A stretch of DNA of 64,000 bases from Eukaryota sp. TZLM1-RC (lineage: Eukaryota > Protista > Metamonada: BaSk clade): the NCBI GenBank assembly GCA_040285825.1, contig JAUPSS010000008.1, positions 1,054,001 through 1,118,000 of the forward strand, given 5' to 3'. A program made the position numbers and the translations under genes. Positions 10,627 through 22,079 of this stretch are shown in pieces. The notes below the pieces were generated by a model. It was not told where the DNA came from. It made no database searches and saw only the letters and a list, made by a program, of their open reading frames with translations. Each line of letters starts with the position of its first letter. Position 1 is the stretch's first letter.

Positions 10627-13137
10627 CTAGAAAATCTTCATCCATACCCTCATTGCCGAAATGACAGTTGAATCACGATGGACACGAGTATAATCATCAT
10701 CATATCCCTTCGAATTGGCAGAAAAAGCTGTGATCTTTGGCACAGACTTACATCCTTCACAAGTTTCTCTACACAATGCACAATCAGACAAACCATCTGG
10801 AATTCCAAAAGAGTCATTTTGCCAATAAAAGCTTGAAAGAATCAATCTAATGGGATATTGGTTATCATTGTCAGAGACTCCAAACGGGTTTAGGAAAAGT
10901 TTTTGTTCGAAATGTCGATGGCTGCGAGGACCACAGTTTTTAACCAACACACAGCCCTTATCATGCATATCTCGAGAGGAAGAACCAGGCATCTGTTGAT
11001 CATGATCGTCATTCTGAGCAACCATTCTGTGCATCATGTCATGCACGCAGTCACCGGCTGGTTGAACCGGATAAGAAGAATCCCATATTTTAATTTTGTC
11101 AACATCATCATTTGAAAGACCTTCTATGGAGAGCTGCTTTGCAAAGTTTCTGCCGTAATTATACCCAGAGTTGTCATTACAAAGAAGCAAATCTAATTCT
11201 CCACCAAATAAAACCTCAAGCCACGCAACAAAGTCTTCAGGAAGCTTACCACCCATTGATTTGGCTACTCTACCAAAAATTGAGCTTAGAGAAGAAGGAG
11301 AAATATGCTTTGCGGCATCAATTCGAAGTCCAGAAAAACCAATGGATAACCCTTCTACAATAAAATCAGCAATTCTCTGTTGAACATAAGGTTTCTCGGT
11401 GTTCAAATCCACAAGACCACTTAACCAACCAGTATTTAAAAGAAAAGGATCTGTCCAAGAATTTAAACTCTTTTCACAATGAAAGTCTAACGGGAAGTAC
11501 GGAACTGCGGTAAACTCTTGTTGTGGAGCTTTTCTTGTAAACTCATTTGGTGAATATGTCCAACCCTGGGTAAAGAATGGAGACTGCCTTCCATAAAGTG
11601 CTCCTGTTGATGTCTTGTTTCCCCAAGTTGAACATCCATCAGAGGGATTACGATGGTTAAGAATGTCGTTTCCTGAACCAGTCATATGGTTGACAACTGC
11701 ATCAAAGTAGACTCGAACCCCATGATTACGACATTGGTTAATCATTGATTTCAACTGCTCTCTAGATCCCCATCGTCCATAAAATTTATAAGAAACTGGT
11801 TGATACATAAAGTACCAAGGATTAAGGTCAGAATTGAATGGTTGTGATGAGAGCAATGTTTCCATTGGGGGAAACACTTTAATACCAAGGTAACCTGCAT
11901 CACCAATAAACTCACATTCCTTCTCAATATCTTCATATGGCCAACCGAATAGCTCAATAATGGCACCTTTTTGACCATTTCTGTAATCACCAGGACGTTG
12001 TTTGACTTGAGGTAAGTTCCAGACAAAAGGAACAGGTTCTAGGGCAACATCAACCGCATGTTTTCTAGACTTTAAAACAACAGAAAGCTCCCTCTTGTAA
12101 GATGAAGTAACTTTCATTGACTCTGACATCCCACATTTACCATCAAAACAGGTAATAACATCATCATCATTATCTCTCTTAAAAGTAACAACTTTCACAG
12201 TTGCTTTAGTTCGATCACTATTGTACTGGACTGATGCATATCCGGCAATGTAACCAAGACCTTCAAAAGAAGAGAGGTAGCCACTAGAGCTATTAGATGG
12301 TGTCTGCCAAGCGTGGAATGCATAATGCTCATCTGTATCTGCCTGTCGTCCTTCACATTGATTTTCATGATAAATCTCACATCCAGGAAGTGGTGGTAAG
12401 GGACATTTCTCTTTACACGTCTTATCCTCACACAAGTTTAAGCCTGATTTACAGACAATGTGACACTCACCACTAGAGCAATTTGCACTTTTGATTCCAC
12501 TTGTAGAGTCAGCAATGCATTTGGAATTGCACTCACCACAGTGTTCATTGTTATTGGAAAAATTGATATTGCAGTCATTGCAAGCAGGAGTACAACAACC
12601 AAACTTAGCTTCACACATACACTTTCCATCAAAACTGCATCTTCCATGGCCACTGCACACCTTTCCGTCTGGGCTACGGGGACAGCTTTGGGAGCAATCA
12701 TAGCCAAAGTAGGAGTGATCACAGACGCAGATATCATCGAGACAGTATCCATGACCAGAACAAAGGCCATGAGGAGTTGATGGACAGGTTTCTTCTACTT
12801 TATTAAGAAAGCCATTCTTGAGGGAGTACAGTCCTGGATTGTTAATAAAGTAGTTTCGTCCGCCATTGTTGTCCCAATCGTGGAAGTTGTTGGTGACAAA
12901 CTCAATGGCAGAGCTGTTCACCACGACATAAAACCAGTCTTGGAAGGAGGGATTAGTGGATTCCGAGAAAGGGATACCAGGGACTGGCGTCCACTTATCG
13001 GAATCGAATGGTCTATAATGAAGATTGGCAACATTCCAATTTGAGTAGTAGTAGAGGCCGATAAGATGACTAGAACAAGAAACAATTCCGACACTGAGTA
13101 AAGAAATAATGAGTAAATGCATCAGAAAATGCTGCAT
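10627..13137 (-). CDS. Secreted alpha-amylase (GH13) with N-terminal starch-binding-like and EGF-like Cys-rich modules
   Basis: Signal peptide, 'DWDNNGGRNY' CBM-like motif, CSGHG EGF repeats, and GH13 regions DAVVNH, GLRIDAAKH, WLEV and NDDHD. Confidence 0.88.
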   Translation of the reverse strand: MQHFLMHLLIISLLSVGIVSCSSHLIGLYYYSNWNVANLHYRPFDSDKWTPVPGIPFSESTNPSFQDWFYVVVNSSAIEFVTNNFHDWDNNGGRNYFINNPGLYSLKNGFLNKVEETCPSTPHGLCSGHGYCLDDICVCDHSYFGYDCSQSCPRSPDGKVCSGHGRCSFDGKCMCEAKFGCCTPACNDCNINFSNNNEHCGECNSKCIADSTSGIKSANCSSGECHIVCKSGLNLCEDKTCKEKCPLPPLPGCEIYHENQCEGRQADTDEHYAFHAWQTPSNSSSGYLSSFEGLGYIAGYASVQYNSDRTKATVKVVTFKRDNDDDVITCFDGKCGMSESMKVTSSYKRELSVVLKSRKHAVDVALEPVPFVWNLPQVKQRPGDYRNGQKGAIIELFGWPYEDIEKECEFIGDAGYLGIKVFPPMETLLSSQPFNSDLNPWYFMYQPVSYKFYGRWGSREQLKSMINQCRNHGVRVYFDAVVNHMTGSGNDILNHRNPSDGCSTWGNKTSTGALYGRQSPFFTQGWTYSPNEFTRKAPQQEFTAVPYFPLDFHCEKSLNSWTDPFLLNTGWLSGLVDLNTEKPYVQQRIADFIVEGLSIGFSGLRIDAAKHISPSSLSSIFGRVAKSMGGKLPEDFVAWLEVLFGGELDLLLCNDNSGYNYGRNFAKQLSIEGLSNDDVDKIKIWDSSYPVQPAGDCVHDMMHRMVAQNDDHDQQMPGSSSRDMHDKGCVLVKNCGPRSHRHFEQKLFLNPFGVSDNDNQYPIRLILSSFYWQNDSFGIPDGLSDCALCRETCEGCKSVPKITAFSANSKGYDDDYTRVHRDSTVISAMRVWMKIF

Positions 13138-13456
13138 GTGTGATTAACCATTCTGTGAAAAATTCACTCATGTTTTCAACTTTCTCAATGTCTACTCACA
13201 GACTGTAAGAGAAATGTAGCGTCATATGACAAAAACAATCATGATCTTTATCAATGGGATACCTCACTTAAATACACCTACTGCTTTCACAGAACAAAGC
13301 CTCGCGACTTGAATTATCTAAGTGGATCTACCAAATGCTACTAAGGCATTTGTAGATTGTTTTCAAAAGTTTTTAAAAAAAATAAAATACAAAAACAATC
13401 AAAATAAAAAACAGGTTTTTCACAAGGTTTAGTTTCTCTTCATTCAGGTTCCTCAG

Positions 13457-14340
13457 TCATCTCCTCAACAGAGCTTTTGGGCAAATGTATCTTTCCGGCC
13501 ACAATTCCGCTTTTTTCTTAATATGATTATTTTTTGCAGCGGAAATATCTCTGTCATATACTATTTGACACTCAGTACAAATACGCATCTGCCATGCTGC
13601 TTGAAAATTCTCGTCCATGCCACAACTGGACATTTTGTTTGTATTAAAATCACCTGTTGACAAGTGCTTAACGTCCTTTCCTTTTGATAACACAAACATT
13701 TTTTGAAAGCCCTACCTGATCGATATCGATTGATTTTTCGGCAATTGGAAGGGAAATAAGCAGACCCCACAGCGAGGTAGAGTTTATCAGCATGTCTAGC
13801 CAGCCTTTGAAATTTGTTGAGGCTCTCTCTGAACCGTCGCTTGTAGTTATCAAATTTAATTATTTTCCATTTCTGGCGATTACTTTCCAAGTACACTTTG
13901 CTGCTGACCAAATTCCAATGGTTCAAATATTGGTTGAAATTTTGAACGGAATATTGGTTGGGAGAGTGTTTACTGGGTGAAGGTTTTGTCATGTACCTCC
14001 TGCCAGTTGGACAAGGGATAACTGCACATTGATAATCATTTAAGAAGTAACCACATAATCTGGATTGGCCCAGATCAACACCAATAGGGGCCTTTCAGGT
14101 ATAATTTCGACTAATTGTGTGCGTCTTTGACGGGGCATTGTTTAGTACCCTTCAACTCTACTGCTCCAGTTTTGTTGGCACCAGGGTCACTTTTCATTTC
14201 CTTTTTTGATCTTCTTTTCTTTTTTGGAGGTTCGTCCAGCTCACCTGTGTTTTCTGAATCATTATTATTTACCTTCAAACGTCAAAAACAGCTCATTACC
14301 GTTAGTTTTCAATACAAATTTATAAATCTATTTTTCAACT
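13457..14340 (-). pseudogene. Degenerate Fanzor/TnpB-like nuclease (lineage C)
   Basis: Frameshifted pieces: 'KTNGNELFLTF', RuvC-I 'PIGVDLG' (~14065-14088), 'YLAVGSAYF', 'DFNTNKMSSC', and 'CTECQIVYDRDISAAKN' (Zn-finger plus RuvC-III). Confidence 0.75.
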
Positions 14341-14559
14341 GTTGCTGTTTATATTAATTTTTTTAATAAGAACATCGTTTGAAAATTAGTTTCCAACATT
14401 GATTTTTGATAAACTTTGTTTTAGAATATGTTTCTTCAATAAGTGGGAATTTCTTCAAGCTTTGAAAAATTTGTGAAGGTATCTCAACAAACTTAGAACC
14501 TTTGTGAGAAGCCAATGATAATAATCTCAAATAAGACCTGGGCCAATTTTAGAACTTCC

Positions 14560-16810
14560 AAATCATTGTAAAAATATTAACTATTTTGATACAAAAGAAC
14601 AAGTGTTATTATATTTCATTCACTTTTTGATTGGTCACAAAAGTTATGTTTTGACTGGTTTTAATATTAAAGCATTTGATGTTCCAATATTGTGCAACAG
14701 GTTGGCAATTTATGTAAATACTCTTCCACAATTGATGGAATCAGAAGATATTCAACCATTTCTATCCGCTTTTTGGCAGAAGGTTTCCTCCAATTTCGAT
14801 TGTTTAACTATCTGTGATTCATTTTTGTATGTAAACAAATCTATTACATCAAAGTCGAAGAAATCCTTGAGATCTCATAGTTGGTTCCTGTTAAATTAGT
14901 CTAAAGGGTATTTTCGTGATACTTTTAAACCAGTTTTACCAATTTATTGTTTTAGGAGTGGACCCCAAGATACAATTAATTATTGTTTCAAAGATAGTGT
15001 GCTTGGTTTAAAATTATTTCTACTGTTTCAATCAAACAATGGTGGTATTTCTATTTTTCCCATCAATCATTGTACTAGATTGAGGGCCTCCATCGCAGAA
15101 ACTATCAAAACGAATTTATAAGTCAATGTACAATTGAGGTATGCTCAATATATATTGAAAAATTTATTAATCTATATTTTGAGAAAATGGAAGTTGAAGA
15201 AGAGATGACCTCAAGAGAACAGACTGTTTTTCGTTGGAGGTTACGTCAAGTCAAGAATCTATTTCTTCAAACTAATCGTAACAATTTTCCGACTACTGAT
15301 GATGAAATCTTGAACGAAGACAATGAAAATTGGTTGAATCAATCAGCAAAAACTGTTATTTTAGAAAGTACTCATTCCAAAATTTGTAAGTTATTAGAAG
15401 ATGAGAATTGGGTGAATTCAATTTTTCCTATATCTATTGTAGTTAAAAATTCAAAAAATGAGGAGCAGACTATTGAAGTTAATTCATGACTTTCCACTGT
15501 GCAAAAGTATCCCCAATCTTTTATCAAATCAGCTATCAAGATAAATAATTTTATAAAAGAAGCTGAGGGAAAAACATTTAATGCTATTCCCATTGTACGT
15601 CATGAAACTCCTGGATTTTTCGAAGTTGATAGCCAAGGACTATGGGGTATTTTGCGTTCTTTTTTTACAAATGATGAAATTAATGACAAGAAAAATAATT
15701 CGGAGTGGAATTCAATGACTGACATTCGACTTTTGAGTCCAGAAGAACAAAATTTATTTTGGTCATATTTTTTGGAATTTAATAGATCATTTACTAAAAA
15801 AGGCTACAAGTTTAACAACACCATAAAACCTGATGGTTTTGGAGCCTGTATTGAGCTTGCAAGATAGGATTGTATTGGCATGTCCTTCAAGCCTGATAGT
15901 GCAAAGTTTGCAACCGCTGAAAACTATCTGAATGATTTGGATGTTGAATTTCTAACATCAAAACACAAAGTAAAACCTTGGTAAAAGTGATTTACTTTAT
16001 CTTTGTAGTCAAAAAAGACTCAAACTTAATGCAAAAGACCAACTAAAAAGAGATAAACAATATGAATGGCTGAGATTGACAGAATTGGAGTGGTCAAGGG
16101 TATCGAGAGTTCACCAAAAATTCAGAAAATTGAAAAGGAAAGAGTACATTTTACACAATGGAATCACAGTGGAAGAAACAGAAGCTACATTATCAAAAGA
16201 ATCATCAAAATCTTCCATTTATAATATTTTCTATTCTCATGTTGCTTCCAAGCTGACGAACATGACATTTACATTTGAGTACTACTGTTTGATGATATGG
16301 CACATTCAGAAAATGCAAAGATACGTCCATCATCAGAAAACAGAGGCTAAGTTATTAAAAAGAATGGCTGAAAAGCAATGGAAGCAAGAAGACACTATTC
16401 TAATGTTTGGTGACAATGGCAATAAGAGAAAGAATTTAAACCATCATCGATCAAGTAGAGGAGTTTGATGGAGAAATTTCTTGAAAAAAATGGGTTACAC
16501 AGTATGTTCAGTTGATGAGAGAAACACATCTTCAAAGTGTCCAACTTGTTATAACCCAGTAAATGTATTTCTTGATGTTGAGAATCCTAGGCCATGGATG
16601 AGAGAGAAATATCATACTGTGAAATGTCATGCTTTGTTAAGATGTGGATCTGATGTTTGTAGAGAAGAATGTGATGGGTGTGGAATCGTAACAAGTTAGC
16701 ATGTATCAACATCTAGGCAATTGTAGATTATTTTGTAGCGGATAGTGTTGGTGATAGGCCTCCATATCTGTCATAAGTGTAGCTTTTTACTACAGTGAAT
16801 CTGTAGCATT
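14560..16810 (+). pseudogene. Degenerate exonuclease-Fanzor element (lineage D)
   Basis: PolB-exonuclease motifs 'EQVLLYF...VLTGFNIKAFDVPILCNRL' and 'NYCFKDSVLGLKLF', then Fanzor pieces 'YKFNNTIKPDG', 'GKSDLLY', 'ILMFGD', 'VDERNTSSKCPTC', 'CHALLRC', 'WNRNKLACINI', 'DRPPYLS*'. Multiple stops and frameshifts. Confidence 0.85.
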
Positions 16811-16893
16811 TTTGGATTTTTGCATTCAACCAAACAGACCACAAGAATTCATCCTGCATCCCAAACAATCTGTTACCCAATGCCACTTCTCCA

Positions 16894-18411
16894 ATGTCAA
16901 TTATTGATCTAGAACTTTCATCTCTACATGTTACTTATGTTTTCTGGGGTCTTATTGCTGCATCATTCGGTCTTTTTGGCAGAATTTTCCGAACAAGGTT
17001 GATGATTTCTGCTGCTCTTTATTCTTTACTATGGGGACTCCTTCTTTCATTAATTCTATCCACAATTACTACAGGATTAGTCAACACTGAACGTCTCATC
17101 CTCAAGGAGATCACCAAGGCTGTTGCTTCCATCCAAGTTTTTGTCACGATGTTATATCTCCCTCCCCATTTTTACAAGAGAAGGTGGAGAGAAATAACTG
17201 CTTTACTAACACTGCACAAAGTAATTACTAGCTTTATTAGTTTTGGTTTATTAACGGCCATATTTGGATCAGTTTCTGGTGTTTCTTGGTTATGGTACCT
17301 CACCTTAGCTTCGTTGTTTTCAATCACTGATCCTGTTCTTGTTACAGAGTTCTTTAAGGGACATTTTGCTCAAAAGCATTATCCCTGCGAACTTCGTTTT
17401 ACTTTGCTGTTTGAAACCAGTGCCAATGATGGTTTTGGTTGGCTTTACGTCACCTTACCACTGGCCTTTCTTATTTGGCCTCAGTATGGTGTTCCTTCTG
17501 TACTTCTCCTGTGGTTTGTTCGGTTTATACTTTGGGAAACAGTATTGGGTGGTTTATTGGGGTTTTTGGTTGGTTTTGGAGGAGCAAAGTTGTTTAAAAT
17601 AAGCGAAGAGAGAAATTGGTTTGATAGAAGTAGTTTTATAGGATTTACTGTGGCTCTTACCCTTTTAATGCTAGGATTATCATTGATTCTAAATTTAAAT
17701 GCTTTAATTGCTGTTTTAATTGGTGGTATTACCTTCAGCAATAACTTAAGAGGAAGCGAAAGAGGCCTTGAAAGCCAATACCAAGATTCTTTGGATTCAC
17801 TTCTTAACTATACCGTGTTCTTGTTATTTGGCCTCTTTATCCCTTGGGTATCGTTTGGGGAAATTGGACTGGTTAGGTTACTTTTGCTTGCTGTTGGTCT
17901 TTTTTTATTCCAACGAAGTATTTCCTTTTTTATTATAACCAAAACTTTTTCCTTTACTCATTTCTCCAATATTGATAAAGTTTACACTGGTTTATTCAAT
18001 CCAATTGGTAGTTCTGCTATTTTCTGGGCTATCAGGACAGAAGAACTGATCCCATCTCCTATTCCGATAGTTGAAATTACTTACTGGGTTATCATCATGT
18101 CTGTTTTAGTTTTTGGTACTATCAGCTCCCCTTTAATTTACCTCTACAAGCGACTACAGCCACAGGTTACCGCAATTAATAGAGAGATTTACGAACAACG
18201 ATTAGTAAAAACAGAAGAAGAAGATCTTAATGATTTAAGAGTCATTCAAAGTCTTTGGAAGTCTCAAGACCCACATGACCAGTCTAAAGTCAATCAATTG
18301 CGACGAAAAAGGGAGCTTTTTCGAGAACCTAGTGTTTCTGAATTTGCTGTTGACTCTATTATTGATTTATATGAAGAAAGATTTTATCAACCAAAAAGAA
18401 GTAAAGATTAA
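16894..18411 (+). CDS. CPA1-family Na+/H+ antiporter (NHA1/SOD2/NhaP-like)
   Basis: About 12 hydrophobic segments with 'TDPVL' and 'ETSANDG' CPA1 motifs. Confidence 0.85.
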   Translation: MSIIDLELSSLHVTYVFWGLIAASFGLFGRIFRTRLMISAALYSLLWGLLLSLILSTITTGLVNTERLILKEITKAVASIQVFVTMLYLPPHFYKRRWREITALLTLHKVITSFISFGLLTAIFGSVSGVSWLWYLTLASLFSITDPVLVTEFFKGHFAQKHYPCELRFTLLFETSANDGFGWLYVTLPLAFLIWPQYGVPSVLLLWFVRFILWETVLGGLLGFLVGFGGAKLFKISEERNWFDRSSFIGFTVALTLLMLGLSLILNLNALIAVLIGGITFSNNLRGSERGLESQYQDSLDSLLNYTVFLLFGLFIPWVSFGEIGLVRLLLLAVGLFLFQRSISFFIITKTFSFTHFSNIDKVYTGLFNPIGSSAIFWAIRTEELIPSPIPIVEITYWVIIMSVLVFGTISSPLIYLYKRLQPQVTAINREIYEQRLVKTEEEDLNDLRVIQSLWKSQDPHDQSKVNQLRRKRELFREPSVSEFAVDSIIDLYEERFYQPKRSKD

Positions 18412-18457
18412 AAATAATATTATTTGTGGAGGTTTATTTGAAATATACAAAGTACTT

Positions 18458-20407
18458 TTAGCTTATATTTGGTGAATCACTAAAGTACTGCTGCAGTAAT
18501 TGACCAAGCGATTCCACTGAATATTTTAAATATTTGTGTTTGTTTTGACTAAAACCACAAGATTCAAATCTATCTAAAAAATCTTTGAAATGAGACTGAA
18601 TAACTGGTATTATAGCTGTAGCCACGTCATCTCTTATTGAACAATCAAAAATGATTGGCTTGAATGACCCAAAACAACGTTCTTCTATTGCTGAATTAAA
18701 CATGTTAAAGGCAGTCTTAACGTTTCTTCTATCATTTTTGCTCATCTCGTCACTTGGGCTAATCGACATTACAGATTTCAAACAATCAGTAATACTCCAA
18801 TAAGATTTGAAAACTTCAGTGAGTTCTATACATAATTTTCTAAACTTTTGATCAAAATTATTTCTAAATTTGTTTGAAATAAATGAAGCAAATTCCGATT
18901 CTTCGTTAATATGATCTTTAATATATCCATAGTTGTTAACTACAAACACCTTGAACAATAACAAACTACGTTCTTTTTCACTTTCAAACATTTTGCTTAT
19001 CCAATTAATAACAAAGTCTAAACAACTTTCAAAATAACTTCCAAGTGTAACCCCAGGCCGTTTACACAATTCAGAGATCAACTTATCGTCAAAACCACTG
19101 AGAATCTTCAAGGTATTTACTAATTCAATCGTGACCCAACTGATTGACCCATCATTAGGAATGTGGTTGATTAAAGTGTGTTTTTTCGGATCTAGCCATG
19201 ACTTGGAAACTGAATAAAACCGTTCGTCAGTAAGATCTTTTGTGAAGGAGTTAAGGGCTGATTTTGGAACAGAGGTCATTAAAGAATGAATTTCAGAGAA
19301 ATCTGATTGGAATTGTTGTCCGCTTTCGGCATTGATTGATTGAAGTTTCGGTCTGACTTTCCTGTAAAGAGCGAATATATCAATCAAAACAAGCAACCGG
19401 TTACAAACTCGCCAATCAGTAGTTCGACAGGCTTCGAGTTTCAAAGAACCAAATAAATCCTTCAAATAAGTTAAAATTTGATTCAGAAAAGGTTTTACTA
19501 AATCTGCAGCATATTTTGTTGCAAAAGACCTGCTGATTAATGAAATGGAAACTGTAATCTCGGCCGACAACAATTCCAAAGCTTTTGGTAGTAAGTCATG
19601 AACTGGATGGTCCTTGAGTTGATAATATGTTGAAGGTGGGGGAAAAGAACCCTTGACGTGTAAATCGAGCATTGAAAAGGCATTTTCCAGGTAAACAGAT
19701 CTCAAGGATAGCAAAGAAGAAATAATAAAATTAGAATGATTTCGATTCTCCAGAAAAATACACATCTTCTGTAACATCCCCCATTCTTCCGTGTTCTGAC
19801 TGACAATCAAGGGGGAGAAGTTGGGGGAATCGGGCCTTGGCTTTGAAGCAAGTATCGTAGAGCTGAACACATCAGACAAAAGATTACTTACATGTGTCTT
19901 AATCGTTGGCAACTCTTGCGTCTCAATAGCTTTGTACCTAGAAAGAATCTTCAAGGCACCTGCAAAAGAAGAATGTTCTTTGAGAAAGAGCTCCATGTGC
20001 TGCATTCTGTCAAGGAGTGAGCAGTATTCGTCTAGGGGAATATCAGGAGAGAGGTTCTCCAAGGTGGTGGCAAGTCTTTCGGCGGCAGTGAAACATTCAT
20101 TGAAAGAGGTAAGAGATTCAAGTTTCTTGTCAAGTTTAGCTTGCGTTTCAGTGAGGTGGATGGAACGTTGATTGAGTTCAGAAAGGTCATTGGAGAGTTC
20201 AGTTAATCTGTTCTCAAAGTTATGGAGGGTTGTAGTCATGGAAGTGATTGTTGAGGTGACTTTAGACACAGTGTCTTGGATTTGATTAATGTGCTTGACA
20301 TCTGAAGCTAGCTGTTGTTCGTAGGTAGTTCTATGTTGTGAAAGTAACTCATCCTGTTGTGCAAAGTAAGATATAAGGTCATCAGTACAACGAAGTAGAT
20401 CTGACAT
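18458..20407 (-). CDS. EXO70: Exocyst subunit EXO70
   Basis: N-terminal coiled coil, 'IPNDGSI', 'VFVVNNYGYI', 'DRRNVKTAFNMFN', and 'NKHKYLKYSVESL' C-terminal signature. Confidence 0.85.
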   Translation of the reverse strand: MSDLLRCTDDLISYFAQQDELLSQHRTTYEQQLASDVKHINQIQDTVSKVTSTITSMTTTLHNFENRLTELSNDLSELNQRSIHLTETQAKLDKKLESLTSFNECFTAAERLATTLENLSPDIPLDEYCSLLDRMQHMELFLKEHSSFAGALKILSRYKAIETQELPTIKTHVSNLLSDVFSSTILASKPRPDSPNFSPLIVSQNTEEWGMLQKMCIFLENRNHSNFIISSLLSLRSVYLENAFSMLDLHVKGSFPPPSTYYQLKDHPVHDLLPKALELLSAEITVSISLISRSFATKYAADLVKPFLNQILTYLKDLFGSLKLEACRTTDWRVCNRLLVLIDIFALYRKVRPKLQSINAESGQQFQSDFSEIHSLMTSVPKSALNSFTKDLTDERFYSVSKSWLDPKKHTLINHIPNDGSISWVTIELVNTLKILSGFDDKLISELCKRPGVTLGSYFESCLDFVINWISKMFESEKERSLLLFKVFVVNNYGYIKDHINEESEFASFISNKFRNNFDQKFRKLCIELTEVFKSYWSITDCLKSVMSISPSDEMSKNDRRNVKTAFNMFNSAIEERCFGSFKPIIFDCSIRDDVATAIIPVIQSHFKDFLDRFESCGFSQNKHKYLKYSVESLGQLLQQYFSDSPNIS

Positions 20408-20433
20408 CCGCTAGTAGCACAAAAACGCAAAAT
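20408..20433 (-). promoter_or_regulatory. Shared pre-ATG cassette, copy 2 (short)
   Basis: ATTTTGCGTTTTTGTGCTACTAGCGG directly before the EXO70 ATG. Confidence 0.55.
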
Positions 20434-20674
20434 GTTTCATTTGGTGAATTTTTTTTTATTTTTTTTTAATTTTTTGGTGAATTTTGGCAAGTAATTAATT
20501 CTGAACGCTTTGTTGCTCCTTGCACCACTGCTTTTATATCATTCTATGGAAGTACAGTTGGACAAAACTTGATTGGACTATTCCAATGAACAAATCAAAC
20601 CGATTCACAAATCAAGAATAAATGAATAGAAAAACACAAAACTGTTTATAAAAATAATTCAATAATAATAAAGA

Positions 20675-21865
20675 CTAATTAGATTCTTCTTCTATATCTA
20701 CAGGCAAAGGAGACTCCGTCAACATTGGAGGTTGAAACACATGATCTGGATTGCTAAACAGCTGCGTGTTAGCGTCATTGTCAACCCACAGGTCAGTTTC
20801 TTCAATTTTTTGGGTATGGCGTCTCTTCGCCAGCTCTAACGCCCACCTCCTAAGATCTTCTGTCATGTCAGTTTCATCAACCAACTCAACCCCAAGGAGT
20901 GTTTCCAAGCAGTCCTCAAGAGTGACAAGACCTTCAGTCCCAGAAAACTCATCCACAACACGAAACATGTGCTCATGAAGTTCAATTAACTTATGAGTAG
21001 CAGTACTTACAGAGACATCTTCGTGTATCGAATGTAGTTGATGAACGAGCTCTGATACTTTAGTGTCGAGCTCACCGTCTGTCAAAGCTTTCAGAATTGA
21101 TCCTCTATGCACAAACCCTATACAGTCATCAGGGAAAGAGTTGAAAACAGGAACTCTTGAGAATCTTACAAAGACATCAGTATCAAGAGCTTGACGCACA
21201 GTAATGTTAGATGAAAACCCACTAATAACAATACGAGGAGTACAGATATCTTTAACCTAAGATCAAAAAAAACAATACCAACAAACTTTAACTTGACGAA
21301 GAGACAAGAGATTTTTAATAACACGGTACTCGGTATCACTAAGTGTACCATTATCAGCTCCCACCTTAGCCATTGTGGATATCTCCGCTTTACTAATGGT
21401 GGCTGTATGACGTGAGCCAGAGAGTATTTTACAAAGTAACTCCCCAATAAGAACGAGGGGATACGTTAAGCAGATAAGGAATTGGACAACGCTGGCCATA
21501 AATCCTACTAATGACCTACTCTTACATGAACCCAAGGTTTTAGGTAAAATTTCACAGAAAAAAAGGATGATGAAGGTAAGGATAAGACCTGCGTACAGAG
21601 CAGCATTGCCGCCAAACACCAGTGATGCCTGACCACCAACTCCACTAGAACCAATGATGTTGACAACAGTGTTGAGAGTGAGGATAGCAGCTAGTGGACG
21701 ATCTATATTTTCTTTGTATTTGAGTAACCGCTTTGCTGAAGAGTTGCCGCGTTCTTTCATTTCTTCTAAATGACTGACTGGAACACTGTAAAGGGCTGAT
21801 TCAAGGAGAGAACATAAAAATGAGACTATGACGGTGATGGCGGCATAGAAAAAGAGCAGGAACAT
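20675..21865 (-). CDS. CNNM (DUF21)-CBS domain metal-transport protein (exons 21865-21287, 21256-20675)
   Basis: 'SFLCSLLESAL...IDRPLAAILTLNT...EILPK' CNNM domain and CBS motifs 'FSRVPVF' and 'VVDEFSGTEGLVTLEDCLETLLG'. A 30-nt intron restores 'VKDICTPR'. Confidence 0.88.
21257..21286 (-). other. 30-nt intron in CNNM gene
   Basis: GTTTGT...CTTAG; removal joins the two ORFs in frame. Confidence 0.85.
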
Positions 21866-22079
21866 TCAATGGTGGGATTGCAAAATGAAAAATGCATATT
21901 ATCTCCTCTGATATAATGTTGAGCACCCTAAAGTCAGAATTATATAAATCAACTTTCCTACCACATTTTATTAAGGTAACAAGATATTCACCATGTTCTA
22001 AAAAAATAATGTTCATGTTCAGTAGTACTTTCAAGATCACCATGTCAGAAGGCGTTTGCTAGATTAGTCTGTTTTTCAA

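Noticed and set aside
14897-16720. Stop-codon reassignment or readthrough explaining in-frame stops in Fanzor lineage D
   Set aside because: Frameshifts accompany the stops, and all three stop codons terminate conserved host genes.
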